Positions 25,074 to 38,239 are shown, counted from the whole stretch's first letter. The stretch: 63,290 nucleotides of DNA, filler included, from Globobulimina sp. (GCA_003354225.1; 43 parts of 43 records of this genome joined end to end with filler, not necessarily neighbours in it), one strand, 5' to 3'. Notes: generated by a model from the letters alone, not told the origin. Translations and numbers: made by a program.

Positions 25074-26447
25074 ATCATAAAGCTCCATCGTAAATTCAAA
25101 AGAATATGAAGTTAAATATTGCCATTGATACAAACCTAAATCAATGTTAATAATCGATGCATGTAAATCATCAATAAAATATTCACACGAATCATTTGCA
25201 TATAAATCCAAACAGTTCCAGTGCCAAACTAAATGTGTTTTAGATTCTTTCCTTTTTTTGCCTGTTAGTTTCATATCTGGGTCAAACGTTAATTTATAGC
25301 CATTAGTTTCTAATACAGTTTGGTATAAGTTATCTAAAACAGGATCCACACCAATTAAAGTAATATCGCTTCCCGCGATTCCACATTTTAAAACGCTATA
25401 ATCATAAATTAATGTATGCACAGTGTCTATATCACAATCATAATCATCGTCAATACACAATAAATTTAATGTAAACTCATACATCATTCCAGGTTGCATA
25501 TAATCACTCACATAAACCTGTACAGCATCCATATTGGAATACACACCGCTTAAATATTCATTCAATTCCAACAATAATACCTCATCAATTTGAGTGGTAT
25601 CATTATATAATTTAAATACGTTTACATTCCATGATAAATTGTATCGAACAACAGGCATATTTATTGCATGGCTGTCATGCTTATCTAAACATTTTGTATT
25701 GATGCCAATATTTGAATAGATATTTATATATCCATTTAAATTGATTCGTGTTGCTTTATAAATATGCGTTCCAGATAACGATACTTTTGGTGTTGTTTTG
25801 TCAGAGTAATAAACACTAAACATTGTGCTCGACGTTTTATTATACCAATTGGTGACAGTCAACGTAATGTTATATAATGTTAATTTATCTAATAACTTAT
25901 TTGGAATTTCTATGTGTGGACCATAATAATAATTTACATAATGTTTCCTCTGGTTCATATATTTATATTTATGTGTTATTTCCCATTGGAAAAAAGCATC
26001 TCTACCACCAAGAAATGGGGTGGATGTTGCATCCAATATTAAGTCATCACAAATTCCGATGGATGTCGATGATGAGGACAATATGATATTTGGTGGGTAT
26101 CCATCAGTGGTGTGGATGCTTGGTATTCTAATGTCTGAATATTCGTTAGTCAGAGTACAGAAATATTTAATGGCTCCATTATCAGTGTGACTTAAAAATG
26201 TAATCGAATCTGTTTGAGTTATAATAGAATTTGGTGATAAATCAATGACTAACACAATATCATCATCAATTCCACGTAGTCTCGCTTGATTTCTAGTTTT
26301 TAGCCAAAAGCATTCAGTATTATTACCCAATAAATTTATGGTATCTTGAACAAATATATGTTGACAATCGTTTATAAATAGATTTTCATCCACAATAATT
26401 TGATCCACTTGTCGTTTTTTTTTATTATGTTTATTTGGAACATAAAT
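25074..26447 (-). CDS. PKD/REJ-domain large surface protein, internal fragment
   Basis: IGICDDLILDATST..GGR..FQW, YNITLTVTNW and TFDPD...WHWNC. Confidence 0.75.
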
Positions 26448-26547
26448 NNNNNNNNNNNNNNNNNNNNNNNNNNNNNNNNNNNNNNNNNNNNTTAATTAAT
26501 TAANNNNNNNNNNNNNNNNNNNNNNNNNNNNNNNNNNNNNNNNNNNN

Positions 26548-27162
26548 AGTTGGTTGTGTAGCTGGATCCATAGTACCAACGGTATATGATAATGTACCTG
26601 ATATAACAATCAACATCAAGCAAATGTTTGTTTGTTTAATACATTGTCTTAATTCTTAACTGCAAACGCGACTGGAGGCCATGTGAGTAAATGTTTCGGT
26701 GGATCCAATTGCAACAATAACATCTGTTTCTGAAGTATTAGAAACTGTATTGGGGAAATCATATGATGCCGAAGAATCTTTTGTTTTTCTTGTGATTAAA
26801 GCACATATTATATCGTCGTCTTCTGTTTTTACGTCAAGTACAGTGATGGTTGTAGGAGCTAGAACGCCTGCTGGATTTGACAAATATGAGTTGCCTAATA
26901 TTCTTTCTTCAACATCTAATGAATTATCAAGTGTTGGAATTGCAATAATAGCATATGCAGCTTCCATTACTAGTGCATCAAAACCAACACCAAACCATGT
27001 TCCAGTGGGACCACACATTTCAATGGTTGTATCCACTCCCACTATTTGCACTGTTACTGATATACCGCAGGTGTATACTCCATGTGCAAATCCATTATTT
27101 TGGGCCTTGATATTAGTGATAGTACTTAAAATTGCGAATAGGTGCATGAGAAAAGAAGTCAT
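26548..27162 (-). CDS. Secreted DOMON-domain protein, 3' partial
   Basis: Signal peptide; GPTGTWFGVGFDALVMEAAYAII...VEERILG and VIVAIG...H. Confidence 0.75.
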
Positions 27163-27214
27163 TTTGCTTGTTCAAGGGTTTTCAAATGTTGGTGGGTTTT
27201 TTATCAACTTTACA

Positions 27215-27921
27215 ATGGCAATGAACAGTAGAAAGCAAGCACTTGCTAACATATTGAATGATGAGTTTGAGGTTTTATCGCCGACGCCACGGCAATCAAT
27301 TAGTACCTCATTCGAATTCGACACAAACGCATTTTCCGATGTGACTTCCTTTCTCAACATACAGTCGCAACCAACAACACTATTCGAATTAAAAAAAGAA
27401 TTTACATCACATAATTCGTTCGATGATCTTAAACTTAACAATGATACAAATCAACAACATCAAAAGACGGATGATATATATCAAAAAGAACAGTTTTTAA
27501 CATTTATCCATTCTGGAGATTCAATGGATGACATTGCAATCCCTAACGCTAAAATTTCAAGGCAATATTCCTTATCTGCTTTATCGAAAAACATCATCAA
27601 ACCCGATGCGTTTACCATACCTAAGCATCATGACAATGATCCCAGTCATTTACATTTAAATATCTCGACAGAATTGAAACAACTTAAAAAAGCAACATCA
27701 GTGCCTCTCAACATCTTTGCCGATCCAACTCATATTTGCTCCGCAGCCACAATTCATTGGAAATTTGGTTTTGTCACAACAGTCAGCCGCTGGAGACCTG
27801 AATTTATGGATGTTATCAAATTCAAACAATTAAATCTCACAACGGCAAGCAAAATATTTAAAAATGGGAAAGCATTCCAGAAAGCATCCACTCACTCAAA
27901 ATGGAAGAATTTATATTGGTT
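27215..27921 (+). CDS. Hypothetical Ser/Thr-rich protein, 3' partial
   Basis: Probable start is MAMNSRKQ at 27215; the upstream part of ORF 26699 is antisense to the DOMON gene. Confidence 0.55.
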
Positions 27922-28206
27922 NNNNNNNNNNNNNNNNNNNNNNNNNNNNNNNNNNNNNNNNNNNNTTAATTAATTAANNNNNNNNNNNNNNNNNNNNNNN
28001 NNNNNNNNNNNNNNNNNNNNNTAAAAAGTTTTTTTTGATTTAAAGTAAGTTTTGCACGCTCACTCTATTATTAGTTAACAATGCCGCTCATTGTGCAGCT
28101 ACATCATAAAAAACTAAGAAATATATCTAATTAATAAATAAAAATACTAAAAATAGGTTTTGCACAATTTTAAACGTATTAAAATGAAAATATATAATCT
28201 AAATAT

Positions 28207-29197
28207 TTATTTGGCAAAGATCAATTTATTAACAGTATTATCAAAGTGCAGATTATAATCAAATGTGGCAATATCATAAATATGCATTTGGTGTATTGCA
28301 TTTTTAGTTTGTGCCACGATTTTATGTAAATATTGCATTGCATCATATTCGTTGTCATTCTCAGTTCTTAGTACCATTTCGAATGGAAACTTGCAATATA
28401 AATTACGAATAAATACAAATAATTTGTTTCCATCAACAATGAATGATCCATTTTCCAAATTTTTATTTGTTAAATCTAGTCGATTCATAACAACATTTGC
28501 GTTCTGTTCACATCCATTCCGATGATAATTAAATGTGGTGTAAACTTGCTTAGTTTGGTGCGATTTGACTCTCGCTATAAAAGTTACCCATTTTGCAGGT
28601 TGTTGCATGTTCCATGTACACACAGTTAAAATCTTAAGGTATTTATTTTTCCATAAATTGTTTGAAAGCAGATAAAAATACAAAACTTGTTTTTGCTTTT
28701 GCTTTTGCGGAGGATTGGGTGGTATTGGTTTATTTGGTGGCTTTGAGAAACGTTTTTCGTTTTCTTTGTTTGGTGTAAATTGATCGGATATAATTAAATA
28801 TTGTAATGATGTAAATGGCGAAAATGATGCATATGTATCAATTGTAGCATTATCAATTTCAGGAGGTTCTGATTCGAATTCTGGTATTGGCGACGAATTA
28901 TTTATTTCTATTTCATATTTGTTTGAATTTGATACTTGGGCTTCTTCCATGGATATTGTTAATGGATAGTCATCGACAGTGTTATTAATTAAATCTGTGA
29001 CTAGTGCTGCTTTTTCATCATTTTCTTCAATTAATTTTGTTTCTTCATTATCTGGTAATCAGATATGTATATAATTTAAGTTTAAAATGTGTTTGTTTTG
29101 CGTGTTTGTACATGCCGTTATCTTCCATTATGATTGTGTCCAAATCTTCTCCAGAACTGCTGAAATTGTATGGGTACTCACTACCAAAAGCGCTCAT
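28207..29197 (-). CDS. Hypothetical protein with an acidic/Pro-rich N-terminus and a possible longin-like C-terminal domain; probable GC-AG intron 29052-29115
   Basis: The exons join in frame via G|GCATGT..CAG; the C-terminal VTFIARV...YLHKI pattern is loosely longin-like. Confidence 0.5.
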
Positions 29198-29495
29198 GCT
29201 GATTCTTGATTTACTTAAAGCAAGAAAACGTTTGCTAACCACGAGTCTGTTAGATGAAAACCAGCTTAAATAAATCTTTCCTTCCGACAGAGGATTAAAG
29301 ACTCCGAGCAACAAATAATTAATTCAGCAACGTTGTTTCGTCCAATCATGCACAAACAACTTTCATGGGATAACACTGCGTCAAATTGCTTGTTANNNNN
29401 NNNNNNNNNNNNNNNNNNNNNNNNNNNNNNNNNNNNNNNTTAATTAATTAANNNNNNNNNNNNNNNNNNNNNNNNNNNNNNNNNNNNNNNNNNNN

Positions 29496-29806
29496 CTGGA
29501 ACATCTTAATTTTGTCACATTTCTGATATTGATAAAATTTGATTGTAAAAAATTAGCAATATTAATATCGTTTTTTCCGTCCCCATACAATTCTATCGTT
29601 TCTAATTCATTCAGAACGGATAAACCATTCATTTCAGGTATTAAATCATTAAATTTGTGGTATCCATCGGTAACATTGTATTCATTATATATGATGGTTA
29701 TATTACTATCAAAGGTTTGGTTATGGATCAATGTGTTGCGTGATAATGCTAATTTATTGACTAATTTATTCCGAAACGTTGGCATGGTGCTTGATTTGTA
29801 ACTCAA
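29496..29806 (-). CDS. Possible LRR-like protein fragment
   Basis: LNELETIELYG and IRNVTKLRC; short and partial. Confidence 0.3.
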
Positions 29807-30058
29807 AAGCTAAATTAGAGGTTGCAAAAATGTATTTCCCTTGATTTAGCAGTTTTTAAACTCCTAAATAAACAACTTAAAGCCTAAGCCAAACCCAAAG
29901 CCATCTAAGCCATTTACCTCACTCCATGTATTTATATGCTGTTTATATGATATTTACATTTAGTATTTCCTCAAAAAATGCATTTATAAACAAAAAAAAA
30001 GCCATTTATCTAGCATTTACGTACGTGACTAAAACCCATAATAGATCCAATAAACATT

Positions 30059-30838
30059 ATGAATACGACACAAAAAATTCCATCACCATGGCGATCCCCA
30101 GCACCCAGACCATCAGCACCACGGATTTCGTCCAATCCAATGGTTTTCAATTCGGTGCAAGATGATATATTTTTTAGTAATCGATTTGGAGCACCAATCC
30201 CAACAACAACTCCAAATTTCAATCCATTCCGCACTCGATCTCCACGCAATACCAATACACCAAACACTCTGAACTCTTACGATTCTGATGCCGTCTTACC
30301 AGAATTAGCTATAAGTGCAACGAGATCGAATTCCTTTGATGTAAATGATATTCCATCAATAACATCACTATCAATGACAGCAGGGGCCGCATCCAATTCG
30401 ATTCATGAAGTAAGAGCGAGTGAGGAGGCTGTAAATGTCGTATCAGCCGTACCACCAACAAATGCATTTGCCGGCGCCATTATCGTGGAAGATACAGAGT
30501 TGCCTGATTTGCCACCGGATGAATATGTATTTACAGCATCATTTGCAAGGATGCAATCGAATGAGATTGGAATGGATTTTAGCGGATCTGATCAGGATCA
30601 AGAGCCGTCGTGGCATGATTCTGTATATGACTCTGAAAATGAAAATGAACATCTTTTGGAATGTTTAATGCCTCGGCCAGCCGCAAGGAGTACAAAGATT
30701 AGTAGTGCAGTCATCCCGTGGTTTGGGAGTGAAGATGGTTATGTCAGTGATGATGAATCCACTGACTCGGAAATATCTGGTCATTCTGCTTTGGCTGATA
30801 TTGGAAAACAATTAAGAAAATTATTTCAGAAAATTTGA
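30059..30838 (+). CDS. Disordered Ser/Pro/acidic hypothetical protein
   Basis: Complete 259-aa ORF with GC elevated relative to its flanks. Confidence 0.6.
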   Translation: MNTTQKIPSPWRSPAPRPSAPRISSNPMVFNSVQDDIFFSNRFGAPIPTTTPNFNPFRTRSPRNTNTPNTLNSYDSDAVLPELAISATRSNSFDVNDIPSITSLSMTAGAASNSIHEVRASEEAVNVVSAVPPTNAFAGAIIVEDTELPDLPPDEYVFTASFARMQSNEIGMDFSGSDQDQEPSWHDSVYDSENENEHLLECLMPRPAARSTKISSAVIPWFGSEDGYVSDDESTDSEISGHSALADIGKQLRKLFQKI

Positions 30839-31078
30839 ATTATTTCAGAAAATATTTATTTGTAAATCTNNNNNNNNNNNNNNNNNNNNNNNNNNNNNNN
30901 NNNNNNNNNNNNNTTAATTAATTAANNNNNNNNNNNNNNNNNNNNNNNNNNNNNNNNNNNNNNNNNNNNAAGTAATACGACTGGTCCCCACACCATCACT
31001 GTTTTATTTTTAAAATATATTTTCATTTGTTGGTTGGTGCAAGCTACCTATTTAGTACTGTTTTATGACATTGTATTA

Positions 31079-31611
31079 CTGTTATTTTAATAGCTTATAT
31101 TAAATCTAAAATTATTATTAATAGTGCATTTTAATAGTATTAAATCTATATTAAATTAAAAATCGAGGCACTACTATTATATTAAATTAAATTAAAATAG
31201 AAATGACTGTCCAGCTATTAAATTAGTATTATTAATAGTATTTTTAATAGTTTTTCTGTTTTTTGACCAATTTTCTGCTGTTTTCAGCGAAAAATGCATC
31301 GTTTCTGAAAGGGTTTTGAAGTCATAATCTTTTGGCTGACTGTTCATTTTCAACTCTTTTTCCAGATTCACCCATAAAACATTTCCTAAATTTGTTCTAA
31401 ATACTTTTCGAAAAATTTGGCCCCAACTTTTGTGATTTCTACTATTAAAATTGTATTAAAATAGTATTAAAATTATTAAAATACTATTAAAACATATTTA
31501 TATTAAAATGGCGGCGGCAACTATTAAATCTAAATTAAATTAAAATAGAAATATCCATTTACTATTAAATCTATATTAAATTAGAAAGAAAATCCACTAT
31601 TAAAATAACAG
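31079..31611. mobile_element. AT-rich MITE, Tc1/mariner-like (TA TSD)
   Basis: TA|CTGTTATTTTAATAG ... CTATTAAAATAACAG|TA, with many subterminal TATTAAA units and a duplicated AAATTAAATTAAAATAGAAAT. Confidence 0.7.
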
Positions 31612-32443
31612 TAACCAATAGACACAAATCAGAACATCACATCACAGAGTAATATGAAAAATGTGTAAATTCTGAAAATTATTAATCAAGTACTGCAAAT
31701 GGATACTAATCACAATGCTTTAATTGTTGCATAAGTTTTAACATACAGAGTCCAATGTTAAACTGTACTAAAAGTGTGTGTAAACATAAAGGGAGGTAGG
31801 TACTTGGAAATTGAAACATCTGCTGTCGTCTATCTATGTTGGCCCTTTTATGAGCTTATCTTAAAGACTAAACTGCTCCGGTTCGCGACTTTACAAACCC
31901 GTGTAGAGTTCAGCACCATTTTCGGACAACACGCTCCTTCGATTATTTCAGCCAATCAGCGGCCGACGACTTTTTGCGCAGCGGTTGGATAGCACTGTAG
32001 ATCACAGACACGAATTGATCAAACTGAATGCCGATTGAAAGTCATTAATTGCCTATTAAAACTCGACTATTGAAAACTGCTAATTTTTTGTCTTTTGTTG
32101 TTACTCTGGTCATGACGTATTATAAAACTATGCATGAAGATGTCATTCTAGAGCAATAATAGCAATCACAATATTCAAAAAATTCGGACGTGTAGCAGCT
32201 AGGAGGAGTTTACTCGTTTCCTAAATAAAACTCTACTATTCCATAGTTAACCATTTGTTGTGTTATTATTTGTTCGTAAATAGTTGTTTTCAGGCTTTCA
32301 TTCCCTTTCCACCCACATATCCCATGCATGGATAAATATCATTNNNNNNNNNNNNNNNNNNNNNNNNNNNNNNNNNNNNNNNNNNNNTTAATTAATTAAN
32401 NNNNNNNNNNNNNNNNNNNNNNNNNNNNNNNNNNNNNNNNNNN

Positions 32444-33817
32444 AACACAAGCGCACCAATGCTTTATTAGTCGATTCCGATGGCTTTTCAGCACTTTATT
32501 GGGCCGCAAAAAAATCAACATCGCGCGTAATATCTGCCCTTTTGAACAAAGGCTGCGATCCAAACGAACGAGATATGCGTGGTATGACTGCCTTATTTGC
32601 GGCAGTCTCCGGCAACAAAATCGAAAATGTGCGCATCTTACTGTCGCATCCACGGATCAATGTGGACCAAGTCAACCAATTTGGCGGTTCGGCGCTGCAT
32701 CATTGTGCCTGTACCACTGACAACGTTGAGATCGCACAGTTGTTAGTCGGTGCCGATGCAGATTTATTTTTAAGTGACAAAGAAGGGCAATGTCCCATTC
32801 ATGTCGCAAAGAAGCAGCAAAGGAAGAGACTATTCGCCTATTTTAAGCAGGAAATGTTGGCAAAAGACGCAAGTTATAAATGTACGTTGACATTTTCAGA
32901 GGAAACGCCGGCGAAAAAGATTCAAAATGGCTGGGATTCCGCCACTGAAACCAGTGAGGATGAACAAAAAAACAATGCAAATAATGAGCACAGCAATTCA
33001 AGTGTACACAGTGTGGCATTCAGCGTACAGAGCAGCAACAATTCAGTCGACAACAACGAAGCTAGTTTGCTCCAACAACCACAGCAAAATGAAAGCAAAT
33101 CCGCCCCGACCAAGCCACTCAAGAACAAGAAAAACAAAATGCGGTCGCCGGCGCTGCAGACCTCGCAGTCTCTAAATATGCGATATAGTCACATTATGCT
33201 CGCCGGAGACCACCAAAGTACAATGAAGCAATTACAAGAGAATAAACTCAAAATCGCATTGAAAATAGACAGTTTCTCGGGTTCTTTGAGTAAGGCCGCA
33301 AGGGAATTACTGCAGGAACAACAATATCACTTTCAATATGAACAGGAAGTGTTTTATTCGTCGGTGCAGAATAAATTTAGTTCATTTCAGCGGGAAATTG
33401 ATTGTTTGCGAGCCGCATTAAACAAAACCAAACAGGGAAACAATGAGTTAATTAAACAAAATTACAAATTGAATCTGGCATTGGCGAACCAACAGAAACG
33501 GAGACGTCCGCATAGTAGCAACAAAGTGAACGTTGCTGGCAAAATATCAAAATATAAGAAGGAATTTCGGAGATGGTTTAAGAAAGAAATCGGTTGCGAA
33601 TATCTGGGGTATTACGAATGTTTTGTGCGGAATGGATTTGATGATTTGAGAGTAATCAAACATATTACAAATGAGCTGCAATTGAAAGAGATCGGCATTG
33701 ATAAACAAGGCCATCGCTTACGGTACAATGATGGCAAATATTCATGGCTCAAACGTGTGAAAATGGCACGTTTCATACAATTTATTTAATGTGATGGTAG
33801 CTTAAAAAAAGCATCTT
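32444..33817 (+). CDS. Ankyrin repeats + coiled coil + SAM domain protein (partial)
   Basis: GFSALYWAA, GMTALFAA, GGSALHHC and GQCPIHVA ankyrin repeats; C-terminal YYECFVRNGFDDL...LKEIGIDKQGHRL SAM domain. Confidence 0.85.
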
Positions 33818-35391
33818 NNNNNNNNNNNNNNNNNNNNNNNNNNNNNNNNNNNNNNNNNNNNTTAATTAATTAANNNNNNNNNNNNNNNNNNNNNNNNNNN
33901 NNNNNNNNNNNNNNNNNTGACGTTTCCCCAAAACGAGTGTTTCATAGATTGATGACGAGTGTTTCATAGATTTTATTTGTTATTTATGTTATGTGAGTGT
34001 GCAAAACTTGTTTGAGATGCAAACACTACCAAAAACTGCATTTATCGCAGAGGTTTCAGGTTTTTTATGTAGGTTCGACAAAATCAGATTATGTTTCCTT
34101 CATTACTGCTGATCTGTAGTGAAAATATATTGGTCAAACATAAAGCATATCTTGGTAATATCTAATAATAAAATGAAATTTCTATCTTTCCAATAAAAAA
34201 ATATAGGATAGTCAAATCTGGAGCCTTTCTTCGAGATCTCGACCAATCAGCCAGATTGCGAAATGTTTGAGCATTCAAATGGCAGAGACGGTAATGCAGC
34301 CACTATTTATTAATATTTTAGCTGCACAAAATCAAAACTTTTCGTTTTATGCATACAAACAGACGGAGATTTTATTAATTTTGATATGTAAAGGACCGTA
34401 ATACAATACCTTAATATTCCTTGAAAGAACGTGTTCTGAATTTGTCTAAATGTAGTATTGGCTAATTCGTGCAGATTCTGTATCCCTGCATGTGACCAGG
34501 AAAGACCTCTCCTACCACTCACTTGACGATAAAAGTTCCAGGGATACAGAATCGATCTGCACGAATTAGCCAATACAACATTTGGAGAAAATCACAACAC
34601 GTTCTTTGCATGTTCCCTATTGCAGTTTGCAAAATTCTTATTAATTATAGGTAACACCAAGGAATTCACAACTGATCCATGATGGATAGAAATAGAAGGA
34701 ACAAATGTTTGTTGTTTTAATTTTTTATATTCTTTTAGTTTCCAGTTACAAATTGGTTCATCGTTTATAAATAGGAATAATTCACAATTGCAAAATTCTA
34801 CTGTTATTTCATCGTCTGCTGCCCAATATAATTTTATCTTCTTTTATCTCATGTGTTCCTGCATTGTGACATCGATCAGTGTATACATCTTCTCTTTGGC
34901 CCTGTCAAGTAGCGAGATAACTGGTGGGATTTGTTCATATATGATAGGAGGACTGGTTTATGGCGTTGTTTGGCGGTTGGCTATTATTATCTATCAATAA
35001 AAAGAGAAATTTGAAGTTCTGTGCATTTGGAAAACCTAGGTCCTAGGTATCAATTCCCTTAGTGAATGGAGAAAATAATAAATTATATCTCACCATTAGA
35101 CTAGTGTCAACTAAGTTCGAGCTTTAAAAGTTAGAAACTATTTCCTTGTTTTAATGGTAGTGGCTATCACCACCAAATTCTCTTTTTTTTTCTATTCAAA
35201 TTTCATCCGCTTGCAGGGGGGGATCAACACAAAATTCCTTCTTTTCAATAACAATTTTTATGCGTTTTGGTGGTGTGACCTCACCACAAAANNNNNNNNN
35301 NNNNNNNNNNNNNNNNNNNNNNNNNNNNNNNNNNNTTAATTAATTAANNNNNNNNNNNNNNNNNNNNNNNNNNNNNNNNNNNNNNNNNNNN

Positions 35392-36765
35392 ATTTGAACA
35401 TGTTTATATTGTTAAAGATACAAATGATTTATTGTCAGTTTGTAAGGCATTTGCTTGTTTACCAGAATTAATCAGACATTTTATCCCGACGCAATATTTT
35501 AAATTTCCACGAACTGCACACCTCTATGACACTGGTGCTGCAACACGCGATGATCTGAGATTAGATGGGAAATATAGCAGATTGTATTATGGAGCCACTG
35601 CAAAAACCGTGATTGTGACCGAGAAAGTGGACGGTAGCAATATCGGGATCTCTTTATCTGCAAATTATGAGATTCAATGTCAACATCGTGGAAGCCGTAT
35701 TGTGTACAATTCAAGTTTAGAATACTCGAAATTAAAGGATTGGTTGGATAGAAAAAGTAAATATTTATGTCAAATACTGCAAACAATGAGACATATATTA
35801 TTTGGCGAATGGTGTCAATGTGCACATTCTATATCTTATGATAATTTGCCAGATTATTTTCTTGTATTTGACCTTTATGACAGAGATTCTCAAACATTTG
35901 TCAGTCGGGCAAAGTTAGAAAATATTTGCAAAGGAAAATTTAGTTTGGCGACAGTAATTTGCAAAAAAAGATTTGAAAACAAACAACAAATTGAAGCTTT
36001 AATGAATAATACAATGTCAAAATATAAAATTAAAAGTCCTGGACCCATCGAAGGATTATATCTAAAAATTGACGATGATGATAAAGGAATTAATATCCAT
36101 CGATGTAAGTTGGTGCGGTCTGAATTCATTCAAGGAATTACTGATCATTGGATACATAAAAAATTAGAATACAATACAATTCGGCCAACAATACCGATAT
36201 TTGATGATATCGATGCTGAGGAACATAAAGTGGAGATAGCCAATGTACCGCGAGGTGGGAATAAAAAGAAAAGTGTGCTGTTCGATAAGTATAACAATTT
36301 ATTCACTGCAAATATGGCAAGGTCGAGATTCGCAATGAACCTGAAAGTAATATGCAAAAAATTAAAATTGAATATGAATGAATTATTAAATGTATTTGTT
36401 ATTGGGAGCAGGGTTTGGTTGACAGCGGCTGGGCACTCTGATTGGGACATTATAATTGTAACAGATAATAAAAATGACAAAGTATTTAAATCAGTGGGTA
36501 ATATCGATGCATATATGTTGGATAAACATGAATGGAGACAGGAGCTGAATAATCATAGGTTTGTGTGTTGGTTAACATTGTTTTTGCCACAGGAAGCAAT
36601 TTGGAAAAATGATTTGAATATTTTCTCAATTAATAATGACAATAATTTTGTTAAAGTTGATGGTTTTAGTTATAAATTATTTATTGAGGCGTTATTGAAG
36701 GAAGTTGATAAAGATTGCAGGAAAATAAATAAATTTTTTATAAAAAACAACATAGATAAAGTGCA
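35392..36765 (+). CDS. ATP-dependent RNA ligase domain (Rnl2/PF09414-like) fused to a Pol-beta-fold nucleotidyltransferase (partial at both ends)
   Basis: KFPRTAHL, motif I EKVDGSN, III LFGEW, IIIa FLVFDLYD, IV IEGLYLK and V CKLVRSEF; then VIGSRVW..SDWDIIIV...NID. Confidence 0.88.
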
Positions 36766-37035
36766 NNNNNNNNNNNNNNNNNNNNNNNNNNNNNNNNNNN
36801 NNNNNNNNNTTAATTAATTAANNNNNNNNNNNNNNNNNNNNNNNNNNNNNNNNNNNNNNNNNNNNATTTTATACTATGCAATAAAACGGAAACGTTTCTA
36901 TTTTATTATCTAGTCAATCAATAAAGTAGCTTTTATAGTAGTCAAATAAAACTTTTTTATGGGCCTTTTTTGGAATAAATGAGAATATGATATTATGACA
37001 TGGAATATGTATGTGTTAACCACAAATACTACATT

Positions 37036-38239
37036 TCATTGATATATACAGCAGAAATTTGTAATAATTATATGTGAGTTGCTATAAATACAGGCAGCTA
37101 ATTTATATTTAATATTGTCACTTTTAGCAATATTTTTGAATGCAATTCCGAAGCTTTTCTTATTTTTATAAAATTTAAGATGTCGTTTCTTCATATTAAC
37201 ATGAATACGCATTATATCTCCGACTTTATAACGTTGTCCATATTTTTTTCTCTGTGTCTTCTTTGTAAATGTCTCTCCCGTAAAGGCTGAAATTGCATAA
37301 GTATCAGATTTTGGATTTAAGTGAAATGATTTTTCATGTTGATGAATATTTGAGGTAATGCCAAAAAAACCATGATCTGCAAAAATAAATTTAAGATACC
37401 ATTCGTAAATACAATTCTTATTTGATGGCACTATCAATCCGCCATAAACTGTATCATGCCAAAAATATGGATCTCCGATAATTCCTATTTTATCAGTTGT
37501 GATAGTAACATCATTTGGGGCAAATTCAAAATATTCTGGATGATGATAATAAACCAATACAAAATGTATGACTAATTCAGGGATATTATTATCGATCATC
37601 CTCAGATAACCAAATACTGCGTATTTTATGGCTTTATTGATTGTATTTAGATCTACAACAAAAGTACCACTCAGCATTGCAATCGCTGGTATTCGAGACT
37701 GTTTTGTTTGTGGTTTCTGTATTTGTTGCTTTCTTTTCTTGTCTCGGTGCTGCAATTTTTGTTCTCTCATTAATGAATAATTTGATAATTTCTGTTTAAT
37801 ACGATTACTTTTTACAAATATCCCTTTACCATCCAAACAATGGAAATATTTTCTACCATCAACCATACCATTATGGCCTGTATCAATTGCTTCGTCCAAT
37901 TCAATTCCAAAGCATTTCCCAACTGAACCCACTGCACCATAAAAACGAATATATCCTTTTCTATTTTTTAACAATTCTGTCAAGTAAATATAAAAATTTA
38001 ACTTTCAAAAAAGTAAAAACATGCCACAAATATTCTTATTATTCATACCAACATAATCACCAATTTTGTAAGTTATTCTGTGTGTTATTCTGTGCGCATG
38101 CATATGTTCACCCAATGTTTTTTGACACTAAAAATGTTGCTACAAAACTTTTTGATTTGATATTTTAAAAATCTGTGTATATTCTGGCAATACTTTAGGG
38201 ATGACCACACTGACTCTTTCATCATTTTGCTTGACTTGT
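37036..38239 (-). CDS. CAP-Gly + GYLR module + SPRY (B30.2) protein; intron 37977-38048 plus a probable further upstream intron
   Basis: Spliced YKIGDYVELLKNRKGYIRFYG...GIELDE..GHNGMVDGRKYF.C...GIFV is CAP-Gly; YEWYLK, GDIMRIHVN..LKFYKNKKSFGIAF is SPRY. Confidence 0.85.

Noticed and set aside
26699-27214. N-terminal half of the 424-aa plus-strand ORF as an overlapping gene
   Set aside because: It is the antisense shadow of the DOMON gene; the real start is probably at 27215.
33918-35291. Possible decayed minus-strand ORF (…MYTLIDVTMQEH…)
   Set aside because: It is broken by stops and I could not assign a family; there is not enough evidence to call a pseudogene or retroelement.
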